64,000 nucleotides of DNA, taken from an uncultured Lachnospiraceae bacterium (GTDB lineage: Bacteria > Bacillota > Clostridia > TANB77 > CAG-508). The stretch covers positions 3,617 through 67,616 of the forward strand of contig CAZAZX010000006.1 in NCBI GenBank assembly GCA_964489885.1. The letters are read 5' to 3'. The notes beneath the pieces were generated by a model. It made no database searches. It worked only from the letters and a program-made list of their open reading frames with translations, and had not been told where the DNA came from. Position numbers and translations under genes: made by a program. This document shows positions 50,821 to 60,084 of this stretch, piece after piece (the first letter of the stretch is position 1; the number at the start of each line of letters is the position of its first letter).

Positions 50821-52551
50821 CTACATTATTTTTTCATAATTCTTTACGAATTCATTAAAACCTAAAATTGTATGTTGTATATCATCTATTCTAATTTGAT
50901 AATTTGACTGACGTATAAAAATTGTATCAACATATTTATCTGGATTTTCAACATACATTGCAATTTCTGGAAACATATATGAATTTATCTGCAAATCAAG
51001 TTTCTCTTTTAGTAAATTTAAAAATTCTTCTTCTGGAAATTCGCTCATATATGGTATATCAATATTGTTTTCCTTTATATTGTTATATAATTCAAAACAT
51101 TGCATAAGCATTTCAAATACTGTGTGTGATGTATAATTTTTGCTTTTAATATAAGCCATATTTTCAGCAACGTTTTTTAAGCCAAACTCATAATAATCTT
51201 TATTATCATCATATTTTATAAGCTCATTAATTGAATATGAAATCCAATGATCACAATATTGAATATAATTGTTATCCATAAAATATTGCATAGCCTTTTT
51301 TGCAGAATCTAGATATTTTTCATCTTTTGTTATATCATACAATCTGCAAAGTCCGAGCATAGCTTCTCCATCATAATATACAGTTCTATTTTCATCTTTT
51401 AAAGAGTAATCTTCTTGGCTTAGAACGTGAACAAAACTTCCATCATCTTCTTGCATATCTAAAATTCCATTACCCAATTTTTTCATTGTATCTACATATT
51501 TGGTATTGTTAAAAGTTTTTGTATACTCAGACATAGCAATAATAGTTAAAGCATTTGCACCTAATTTTAATTCTCCATTTTTTTCTTCTGTTATGTAAGA
51601 AGTGTTTTCATCTTTTTGTTTAATATTTTCAATAAGATAATTCATTGCCAAATCAATATTTTTTAGTTTCTCATTAGCATCTTTTTCATTAGTATTATAG
51701 CATTTTATTAGGACCCAAGTTGCACCTGCGTGCCTTAATATATTGTAATTATCAATTTTTTTATCAGTTAATGGATAATATCCATAAACAAATTTTCCGT
51801 TTCCTTGAACCATATTTGATAGATAATTTTTAGAATTGTCAATTATTTTTTGTATATCTTCTTTATTTATAGGATCTATTTTTCTTCTTCCTGTATCTGT
51901 TCCTTCATTACATAATTCATAACATTTATTATTCTCGTCACAGAAAAAGCCCTTTGTTGTAAATACTGTTACTTTTTCAGGTAAATCATCTACTTCATCT
52001 TGTTCATTATCATCAAGATATTTATTTAAATCTTCTAGGCTCAAGTCAACATCATCATAGCTAATTATATTATTTGCATTAAGTTCAGCCTCTGTTAAAA
52101 CAATATTTCTATTATCATAATTTAAAATTAGACCCTTTCTATATGTATAATCCTTTTCATATCCCATTAAATCCATTCTAAAATCTCTTTTAGACATATC
52201 ATCTCTTGAATCTATAACATCTAATTTAACCCATTTTGTCTTATAATTGTTTTCTTTTATAATATCATTAATTTGCTCTTTTGCCTTATTAAATGCGGTC
52301 TTTAAAGTTTTATCTGTAGAATTTTTTACAATGGCTTTGTCTTTACCATTACTTATTGAAATTATTACTGTCCTATCACTTATGCTTTTCTCATTTTCTG
52401 TATTTTTCTCATACATTTTTTCGAGCATAGATATTTTTTTATTAAATTGACCAATAGGAGTTGTATTTCTATAAATTAAAAATCCTGTAAAAACAAGTAA
52501 TATTACAACAATTATACATATTATTATTAATGCTTTTTTATTTTTCATCAT
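50821..52551 (-). CDS. N-terminally membrane-anchored extracytoplasmic protein of unknown function, with a possible (alpha/alpha)6-toroid-like C-terminal region
   Basis: 576 aa with one N-terminal TM; the C-terminal half contains GSFVHV…YYDGEAMLGL…; no confident family assignment. Confidence 0.35.
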   Translation of the reverse strand: MMKNKKALIIICIIVVILLVFTGFLIYRNTTPIGQFNKKISMLEKMYEKNTENEKSISDRTVIISISNGKDKAIVKNSTDKTLKTAFNKAKEQINDIIKENNYKTKWVKLDVIDSRDDMSKRDFRMDLMGYEKDYTYRKGLILNYDNRNIVLTEAELNANNIISYDDVDLSLEDLNKYLDDNEQDEVDDLPEKVTVFTTKGFFCDENNKCYELCNEGTDTGRRKIDPINKEDIQKIIDNSKNYLSNMVQGNGKFVYGYYPLTDKKIDNYNILRHAGATWVLIKCYNTNEKDANEKLKNIDLAMNYLIENIKQKDENTSYITEEKNGELKLGANALTIIAMSEYTKTFNNTKYVDTMKKLGNGILDMQEDDGSFVHVLSQEDYSLKDENRTVYYDGEAMLGLCRLYDITKDEKYLDSAKKAMQYFMDNNYIQYCDHWISYSINELIKYDDNKDYYEFGLKNVAENMAYIKSKNYTSHTVFEMLMQCFELYNNIKENNIDIPYMSEFPEEEFLNLLKEKLDLQINSYMFPEIAMYVENPDKYVDTIFIRQSNYQIRIDDIQHTILGFNEFVKNYEKIM

Positions 52552-52703
52552 TTGCTCTCAGCCTCCACTTTTATATATTTGACTAATATAAAATTTTGTT
52601 ATATAATAAATGCAGAAAGTGAGTTAACACTTAATGATGTGTTAGCCAAAAAAATTTTGATTAACACCACATAGCTGTTGTGAAGCATAATGTGGTGTTT
52701 TTA

Positions 52704-52823
52704 TTATTCTGCCTTATGTACTAGAATTACTATTACTATAAGAAGAATAATGTTTATGAACGTTACGAAAATTAATCCGTATAATATTAGTTCTATTATA
52801 TTAAATAAAACATTTTCTATCAT
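52704..52823 (-). CDS. Putative 39-aa hydrophobic peptide (MIENVLFNIIELILYGLIFVTFINIILLIVIVILVHKAE)
   Basis: An internal ATG is preceded by the strong Shine-Dalgarno GGGAGGTGG. The gene is followed by terminator hairpin AACACCACAT…ATGTGGTGTT and sits directly upstream of the 576-aa membrane protein gene. Confidence 0.35.
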   Translation of the reverse strand: MIENVLFNIIELILYGLIFVTFINIILLIVIVILVHKAE

Positions 52824-52980
52824 AAACACCACCTCCCTTCTATAGTTAAAAACTATAAAAATGGTGGCTAACACACACTTATGCTCTCTCACTCTCTACA
52901 AACGATATTCTACAATATTCTTTTATAAAAATCAATCGTTTTAAAAAAATTTACAAAACAAAAGTTTTGTAAATTTTTTT

Positions 52981-53040
52981 TGTGAAACAACAAGGCTATG
53001 GTGAAATCACCCACAGCTTTAACCGTGCTGGTGCATCAGT
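52981..53040 (-). repeat. Copy 2 of the dispersed GC-rich element, between terminator 53041-53072 and hairpin 52947-52977
   Basis: Transcribed strand: tactgatgCACCAGCACGGTTAAAGCTGTGggtgatttcaccatagCCTTGTTGTTTCACAa. Confidence 0.5.
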
Positions 53041-53072
53041 AAAAAAAGACTTAGAGCTTTGCTCTAAGTCTT
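53041..53072 (-). terminator. Intrinsic terminator of the 1201-aa surface protein gene (AAGACTTAGAGC-aaa-GCTCTAAGTCTT + U7)
   Basis: Perfect 12-bp stem followed by TTTTTTT on the minus strand. Confidence 0.75.
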
Positions 53073-53143
53073 ATAGATTAAACTTCTTTTTTGAAGTAAT
53101 TTAAGTAAATATCTTTTTTAAATTATAATATGTTAAGAAATAA

Positions 53144-56100
53144 TTATACAGTTGCTTTTCCTGTTATTACAGTTGTTCCTGTAGATGTAATTGTTACATC
53201 TCCATTATCTTTTTCAACTGTATATTTTGTTGAGCCATTTTCATTCTTAACTAATAATCCATCTCCTATTTTTGTTGCATTTTCTGCGTCTTGTTCAACA
53301 TTAATGTCACCTGTAGCTGTTTCTGTCTTTTTAGCTCCTGCTACATCTTCAGATGTTATTTTAGCATTACCTTCAACAGAAATTGAATTAGTATCTTTTC
53401 CAACTGTTACCTTAACTTCACCTGAGTTTGCAACTATAGTTGTTTCAGTTTTACCAGCCATTACCTTGTTGTCATTTGTTCCCTTAATTACTAATGTACC
53501 TTTTTCTGAAACTGTAATTGTTGATCCTTTTAATGCAGAAACATCAACTTTTCCACCTGTTACATTTAATGTTAAAGCATTAGCAGATGTTAATGTTAAT
53601 TTATCATCATCATTTGCAGATGTAATTGTTAATTGACCTACTTGTGTTTTTGTAATATTAACATTTACATCACCTGTATATGTTAATGTTTGTTCATCAG
53701 TAATACCTTCAATATCTAATCCGTTATCTGTACCTGTAACTTTTGTTTTAGTTCCAACTGTAACATCATTTACAACAACGTTTGCAACAGTTGTTTTAAC
53801 TGTAGTTCCACTTGCTATATAAACTTTAATAGCTTTATCAACAGTAACTTCTTCAGCAATATTAGCACCTTCTAAGTTTACAGAAGTTTTAACACCTGTA
53901 TCACTAGTATCTAACATTACAGAATTAAATGTTCCAGCAATTACAGCATTATCTTTTGCAATTGTTAAATCTACATTCTTTAATGCTTGTTTATAGTCAG
54001 CATTTTTTGCATTTGAAGTTACATTCATAGAATCATCAGTTAATGTTAAAGTATCATCAGCCTTTAATGCTTTTGCAACTTCAATTACTTCTTGATATCT
54101 TGAATAGTCATCATTTGATTTAACTTCAATTGGGGCATCTTTTGCTTCTGCACCTTCTTTACCAACTAATAATGTATCGCCAGAAACAGCAATTTGACTC
54201 TTTGTTAAGTAATTATTTGCTTGTTTTGATAAATCAACTAGTGTGTATTTTTTACCAACTGCCATTGGTTGTTTTGTAACCTTAACCTCAATTTCATTTG
54301 TTCTAGCAAGTTCATTATTAACATCGCTCATAACTTTTACATACATTTTATATGTTGTGTCAGCCTCTAAACCAGTTGTAGTAGTATCCTTAATTTTATC
54401 AGAATCTTGAGAATCAGTAGCTAAATTTGCCTTTGTTTTTTTATCACCGTATGTTGTTCCTGTTTTTTGTTTATATACTAATGTATATGTAACAGTATCA
54501 TCTCCGATTAATCCATCTACCTTAGATAAAGTTACTTCAGCTTTTAAATCACTTTTAACTGTAGCTTTTAAGTCTGTTGGAGCTTTTAAATAATATGTAG
54601 CAATTCCTGGAGTTTGAGCAGTAGGTTTAGCACTTTCTACAGAATCAACATATTTAGAATCAGAATCAGCTAATGCTTTAATTGTAACTGCGTATTTTCC
54701 AACACCTAATTTAGATAATGCATTTGTTAAATCATATCTTTTATCTGCATTCTTTGAAATTGGAGAACTTGTGTAGATAGCATCTTGAGCTACAACATCT
54801 TTATCACCTTTAGAGTCCTTTACATATTTATAAACATTTAATACATAGCTATCAGCATTTGCAACATCTTTCCATGTTAATATTTGATGATTTGTTTCAT
54901 CATCAAAACCTAATGTTAAACCAGCTGTGCTTATATTTAATCTTAAATCTGTTAAATCAACATTTGCAGAAACAGCTGTAGAATCTGTATAATCTGCATT
55001 TGCAGGTAAAGCAACAACCTCTATTGTTGGTGTAGTAAGTGTATTGTCATCATCTTCAACGTATGCTTTTAAATCAGCTAATACATTAACTTTCTTTTCA
55101 GTTACTTCTTTAGTAGAAATAACTTTACCATCGCCATTTTTTAATGTAACTCTATAAGCTTTTACATCTTTTTCATCATTTTTATCATCTTTCCATGTAT
55201 ATTCGCCATTTACACCTTCTGTAGCTGTAGGTGTTGCCACTTTTTCCAATGCTTCTGCATCAATGTTTGGTATATCATAACTTGATACATTTGAAACATT
55301 TCCATTAGCATTTACAGAAACAACATAAACAGTATATGTTTTTCCTGTATCTAATTTTACATCACTTAATCTTTCATTATATTTTTTATTTGCATCAACT
55401 TCTGAAAGAATTGTATCTGCAGTTGGTGCAGAAGTTCCTGTTTCAACAACTTTAAAGTAAACTGCTCTATCATCATTATCTTTTTTATCTTCAGCACCAT
55501 TAACATAAGTAGGCTCTATTGCAGTAAGTTTTTCTCCTGCACGTGTTGCAGTAACACTTGCTATTTTAAATTCCTTAGTATCTTTAGTTATTGTAGAAGT
55601 ATAATCTTTAGTTTTATCTTTATTTTCACCTGCTTTATTTCCATCTGCATCAATAACATAAGCTGTAACTGTAACTGGTCCGTCCTTTAATTCTTTTACT
55701 TCTGATGAAGCAAAGTTATTTACAACAACTTGTGTAGTATCTTTTGCAAGTTTTGCAGAACCTGTTGTTTCTCTTTCAGCACTGTCTTTTAATGTTACAA
55801 CTACAGTTGCATCTTCATCATTTGCAGCTGCTGTTGTAACTTTTAATGCTAAATTTCCAACATTTTCTGAATTAATAGCTGTAACTGTTTTATTTGTTAC
55901 AGGCATTTTTGTTCCATCAACAGCAACAGTTGAAATTGCATTTAATTTTGTAAGACTAAATGTTTTTTCAGAAATTGTTTTTCCATTATTTTTTACTGTT
56001 AATGTATATGTTTGATCTCCATTAGTATTTTCTTTAAGTTCTTCTCCAACTTTTAATGTTGCTTTATTTGTTGCTGTATTAAATGAAGATGTAACTTTAA

Positions 56101-56749
56101 CTTTTTTCTTTGCTTTATTATCCATTAATGTGTATTCGTTTGTACTTGCATCATTATCATATTTTACTGTTATTGTTCCTCCATCAGCAGCTATTTCAAT
56201 ATTTGATACTTCAGCAACTGGTTCTGGTTTAGCTGTGTTTGATGGTGCTAACATTTCTGAATATGTTTCGTTAGAAATTGCAGCTATAACTGGTGTAACA
56301 TCAGATATTTTAATTTTTCCATCTCCGTTTAAATCAGCTGCAACTTTTTGGATGTCAGTTAATCCATTGTTTGTTGGGTCTTGAATTGCTCCAATAACTC
56401 TTGTAGCATCAGAAATTGTTACTTTTCCATCTGTTGTTGCATCTCCATATATTACAATTGTTCTATAGTTTCCATCTATTTTTACGACATCTCCAGTTTT
56501 AAAAGTATCTGTATCTGCAGCAGATACTGTCTTTCCTGGATATGCTACTTTTAAGTCCTTTCCTGTAACTCTATCTGTAGATGATTGTAATCTAAATGTA
56601 GATAATGTTTTTCCAGATATAGCTGTTGTATTTTCTCCTCTAAATTCAGTAGTAGCATCTGTGTCAGCAGCGAATACTCCAGCTCCTGCTGCAGTTGTTG
56701 CTACCATTCCAGCTACTGTTAATGATGATATTATTTTTTTCTTATCCAA
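53144..56749 (-). CDS. Giant (1201 aa) secreted Ig-like-repeat surface protein with a type-I dockerin near the N-terminus and no SLH or LPxTG
   Basis: Signal peptide. Dockerin loops YGDATTDGKVTISDATRVIGAI … ADLNGDGKIKISDVTPVIAAI at ~aa 100-165, followed by Thr/Val/Lys-rich beta-repeat domains. Confidence 0.6.
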   Translation of the reverse strand: MDKKKIISSLTVAGMVATTAAGAGVFAADTDATTEFRGENTTAISGKTLSTFRLQSSTDRVTGKDLKVAYPGKTVSAADTDTFKTGDVVKIDGNYRTIVIYGDATTDGKVTISDATRVIGAIQDPTNNGLTDIQKVAADLNGDGKIKISDVTPVIAAISNETYSEMLAPSNTAKPEPVAEVSNIEIAADGGTITVKYDNDASTNEYTLMDNKAKKKVKVTSSFNTATNKATLKVGEELKENTNGDQTYTLTVKNNGKTISEKTFSLTKLNAISTVAVDGTKMPVTNKTVTAINSENVGNLALKVTTAAANDEDATVVVTLKDSAERETTGSAKLAKDTTQVVVNNFASSEVKELKDGPVTVTAYVIDADGNKAGENKDKTKDYTSTITKDTKEFKIASVTATRAGEKLTAIEPTYVNGAEDKKDNDDRAVYFKVVETGTSAPTADTILSEVDANKKYNERLSDVKLDTGKTYTVYVVSVNANGNVSNVSSYDIPNIDAEALEKVATPTATEGVNGEYTWKDDKNDEKDVKAYRVTLKNGDGKVISTKEVTEKKVNVLADLKAYVEDDDNTLTTPTIEVVALPANADYTDSTAVSANVDLTDLRLNISTAGLTLGFDDETNHQILTWKDVANADSYVLNVYKYVKDSKGDKDVVAQDAIYTSSPISKNADKRYDLTNALSKLGVGKYAVTIKALADSDSKYVDSVESAKPTAQTPGIATYYLKAPTDLKATVKSDLKAEVTLSKVDGLIGDDTVTYTLVYKQKTGTTYGDKKTKANLATDSQDSDKIKDTTTTGLEADTTYKMYVKVMSDVNNELARTNEIEVKVTKQPMAVGKKYTLVDLSKQANNYLTKSQIAVSGDTLLVGKEGAEAKDAPIEVKSNDDYSRYQEVIEVAKALKADDTLTLTDDSMNVTSNAKNADYKQALKNVDLTIAKDNAVIAGTFNSVMLDTSDTGVKTSVNLEGANIAEEVTVDKAIKVYIASGTTVKTTVANVVVNDVTVGTKTKVTGTDNGLDIEGITDEQTLTYTGDVNVNITKTQVGQLTITSANDDDKLTLTSANALTLNVTGGKVDVSALKGSTITVSEKGTLVIKGTNDNKVMAGKTETTIVANSGEVKVTVGKDTNSISVEGNAKITSEDVAGAKKTETATGDINVEQDAENATKIGDGLLVKNENGSTKYTVEKDNGDVTITSTGTTVITGKATV

Positions 56750-56832
56750 AATAATTTCCTCCCTTTGTTAATTTATATCAGTAGGGGAAATTAAAATTTC
56801 CCACTACCATTAAACTTAATTAATTATTTTTA

Positions 56833-57483
56833 TTATTTTCTTTTAGCTACTGCAACTACTCCACCAGCTACTAAAACTGCTGCTGCAAGATATACTAAGT
56901 ACATTGCATCAAAACCTGTTTTTGCAGATTTTAAAGATGTTTTTGTTTTGTCAGCATCTGCTTTTGTTTCTGCTTTTGTTGTGTCAGCATCTTTCTTTGT
57001 TGTGTCTGTATTTGTTTTTGCATCAGTTGAAGGTGTTGGAGTTGGTGTAGGTGTTGTTTCTGTAACTACTTTAACATTTGTTGAAGCTGTTGTAGCATCT
57101 CCAGAATTTACTAATGTTCCATTCTTTCCACCTAAATCAATATCAGATAAAGTAACATCTGATGTTCCTTCTTTAAGTGCTTTAAATGTTAATGTGTTTG
57201 TTGGAAGTGTTTTTCCTTCTAAGTCAGCTTTAACTTGTTTGAATGAACCATCATGATCAGAATCAGCATCTGTGCTTAATACAGTTGGATCATATTTTAC
57301 AGTATATTCATATCCTGTAACTCCTTCTGGGATATGTGTTACAGTAACTGTAACTGTATCTCCTACTTTAACTTCTGAAGCACTTGGTGTAACTTTTACT
57401 GTATCTGCAGCGAAAACTGCTGTAGATAATGTCATAACTGCAGCTGTTGCTGCTAATAAAATTCCTGTTAATGTTTTTTTCAT
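56833..57483 (-). CDS. Single-cohesin-domain surface anchor with a non-canonical sorting signal SAKTG
   Basis: Cohesin core (VKVGDTVTVTVTHIPEGVTGYEYTVKYDPTVLS), TPTPTP linker, then LKSAKTG followed by a hydrophobic segment and KRK. Confidence 0.6.
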   Translation of the reverse strand: MKKTLTGILLAATAAVMTLSTAVFAADTVKVTPSASEVKVGDTVTVTVTHIPEGVTGYEYTVKYDPTVLSTDADSDHDGSFKQVKADLEGKTLPTNTLTFKALKEGTSDVTLSDIDLGGKNGTLVNSGDATTASTNVKVVTETTPTPTPTPSTDAKTNTDTTKKDADTTKAETKADADKTKTSLKSAKTGFDAMYLVYLAAAVLVAGGVVAVAKRK

Positions 57484-57495
57484 TTTAAATTCCTC

Positions 57496-58176
57496 CTAAA
57501 TTTTTTCCTCTGCTTTTAAAATTAGCCTGTTTACAGCTCCTGGTTCACAAGTGATTAGTGTAACCTCTCTCTTTCCATTGGTATTTTGGTCTAAACAATC
57601 TTCGTTTTCGGGATTAATTACGTATTTATCATATATTTTATATGTAACTTTTCTGCCATCACTCCCTACAAGATAAAATTCATCTCCAACTACAAGTTCT
57701 TTTAATCTCTTAAATATCCCTTTGTAGTTGTGCCCTGTTATTGCATAATTGCCAACTTCATTTATTTTCGGACCAGTTTCCGAATCTGGAAACTTTGTTA
57801 CTGCTAAATCTAATGAATTATCTGTTGTTCTATCTAAAATGTATTTTTCAACATTTATCTTTTCTATTACAATTTTTCCAACAACAGTATATTTAGCACC
57901 GGTCTTAGCGCTCATAGATTTTGGCATATCCTCAACAGAAACTATTTCATCTTTTTTTTCACTTGATGGTTCTACTGCAATATCATTAGAAATGATTTGA
58001 TTTACTTGTTCAGTTGTGTTACCGTCTGTAAAATTATTATCTTGTTTACTTGAATTAAATTTCAAGATAATAAGCACTGTTATAATAATAATCACTAAGG
58101 TGAATATTATTCTTCCTGTCTTTACTTTATTGTTTTTTTTTGCGCGTTTCCCATTGCTGATAGATATTCTATTCAC
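57496..58176 (-). CDS. Sortase (TLITC). It carries an internal SAKTG pentapeptide identical to the neighbouring substrate's sorting motif.
   Basis: AITGHNY…REVTLITC…RLILKA; SMSAKTGAKY at ~aa 86-95. GTG start, with an ATG-AAG-TAA mini-ORF directly after the Shine-Dalgarno GGAGGAGGTGA. Confidence 0.7.
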   Translation of the reverse strand: MNRISISNGKRAKKNNKVKTGRIIFTLVIIIITVLIILKFNSSKQDNNFTDGNTTEQVNQIISNDIAVEPSSEKKDEIVSVEDMPKSMSAKTGAKYTVVGKIVIEKINVEKYILDRTTDNSLDLAVTKFPDSETGPKINEVGNYAITGHNYKGIFKRLKELVVGDEFYLVGSDGRKVTYKIYDKYVINPENEDCLDQNTNGKREVTLITCEPGAVNRLILKAEEKI

Positions 58177-58701
58177 TTAAATTTACTTCATTCACCTCCT
58201 CCAAAATTCTTCTTCGGGTATTAAGAAGTTTATATTACCTGTTTATATAAAACACCTTATTTTTCCCAAGAGAAAAACAGATATGTTTTATCAAAATTGT
58301 AAAAAAATGTATAAAATTATAGCATACATATATTAATATAATAAAATATTACATTTGTCAAACGATTTTTAAATATTTTTTATATTATTTTATAAGTTAT
58401 ATGTAATTGGTAAATTTTCAATATATTATTAAAAATTACCTTTTCTGCCTTCTTTTATCATTTTATGCCCCCATTATACTACTACGATTTTAAAAAATCA
58501 ACTATTTTTTTCTAATTTTTTTCTACGGAAATACGGCTTTTAGCTAGTACCAATTATATGTAAACTTTTTTACAATTTTTTACAAAGCATATACTAACCG
58601 TATTTAGTTTATTATATAGGATTTTTTAAAATTTTTTTTATTTTTATTTCCTATTTTATGTAAAGTATATTTATCATTTTTATTGTAAAACAACATAGCT
58701 C

Positions 58702-60012
58702 TTATACTATTTCACTATATTTAGTTTGTTCTGTTAAAATTCCAATTAGCTTTGTTGCATCTGATATGCTTATTTTCCCATTTTTATCTAAGTCTGATGC
58801 AATAAATTGTTCATTTGTTAATGGGCTACCTGTTTCATCTACAATATGTCCTATAATTTTTGTTGCATCTGATATGCTTAACTTTCCATCGCAAGTTGTA
58901 TCCCCATATATAATTATGGCATATTCTTTTTCATCAATTTTTATTTTATCTCCATTAACAAATACTTTTGATAAATCTTCTGTTTGTGCATTGTAGTTTT
59001 TGTATACTTGTTTTATATCATTTTCTGTTACTCTATCTTTTGAACTTTGTAATGCAAATGCCAAAGCTTGAACATTATCTTCAACATATATTGTTTCATC
59101 TTTATTTACAATTGGTGTTGTAATATCTTCTGTTGGAGCTGGCGTTGGTGTTGGAGTAGGTGTAGGTGTTGGTGTTCCTTTTAGTTTTAAATTGTATTGG
59201 TCAACAATTGCCTTTCCGTCAGCTTCTGCTAATTTCTTTAAATCTTCATCAGAATCTAAGTATATACTATCTGCTCTTATAAATGCGTGTTCAACCAAAA
59301 CAGTTGGTATTCCTTCTCCATTTTCTACTTTTGCAGAATATGATGGGTCAACTATAACATTATTTCCATTTTCATCTACTATATATGTTTGATAAGTACC
59401 ATTTGCATTGTCTACATTTCCATTTGCATCTAGCTTATCAATCTTTGTACCTCTCATAGCATAACAAATAATTCCATAATAATCTGCTTTATGGCCTGTT
59501 GAATAAACTTCCATTGGGTCACTACGTAACCTTGTTTTTACTCCTCTATTTCCAATTCCTAATGAAGTAATATTATTAACTATTCTGTTTCCTAACTCAG
59601 TCATATTTTTATTGTACATATCTAGGCAATCTTCTCCTGTTACAAAAACTTCTACTCCATTGGTTGAAGTATCGGATGCATCATTTATATGTAAACTTAC
59701 AAGTAAATCGGCTTTATTTTCACGAGCAATAATAGCTCTTCTATATACTGTAAGTGCACTGTCATCAGTTCTTGTCATTATAATATTTACATTTTCATAT
59801 TGATTTAGATAATCTCTTAAATACATTCCTATTTTTAATGTAAGTTCTCTTTCTTTTAAATTTCCATTTTCACAGCCTATTGCCTCTGTATTTTCAGGTT
59901 TAACTCCACCATGTCCTGGATCTAAAACAATTGTCATAGCATTTGAAGAAACACAGTATACAAGGCTTAAAATTATACATAAAATAAATGCTAACAAAAT
60001 TTTCTTTTTCAT
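58702..60012 (-). CDS. N-acetylmuramoyl-L-alanine amidase (Amidase_3) with a TP-repeat linker and a C-terminal type-I dockerin
   Basis: VLDPGHGG…H..E; linker TPTPTPTPTPTPAPT; dockerin loops YGDTTCDGKLSISDATKIIGHI … SDLDKNGKISISDATKLIGIL. Confidence 0.7.
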   Translation of the reverse strand: MKKKILLAFILCIILSLVYCVSSNAMTIVLDPGHGGVKPENTEAIGCENGNLKERELTLKIGMYLRDYLNQYENVNIIMTRTDDSALTVYRRAIIARENKADLLVSLHINDASDTSTNGVEVFVTGEDCLDMYNKNMTELGNRIVNNITSLGIGNRGVKTRLRSDPMEVYSTGHKADYYGIICYAMRGTKIDKLDANGNVDNANGTYQTYIVDENGNNVIVDPSYSAKVENGEGIPTVLVEHAFIRADSIYLDSDEDLKKLAEADGKAIVDQYNLKLKGTPTPTPTPTPTPAPTEDITTPIVNKDETIYVEDNVQALAFALQSSKDRVTENDIKQVYKNYNAQTEDLSKVFVNGDKIKIDEKEYAIIIYGDTTCDGKLSISDATKIIGHIVDETGSPLTNEQFIASDLDKNGKISISDATKLIGILTEQTKYSEIV

Positions 60013-60084
60013 TTTTTAACCACTCCTTTAAATTTATATTTTACATTATATATACAATTTGTATTGAAAAATGTTGTAATTACT

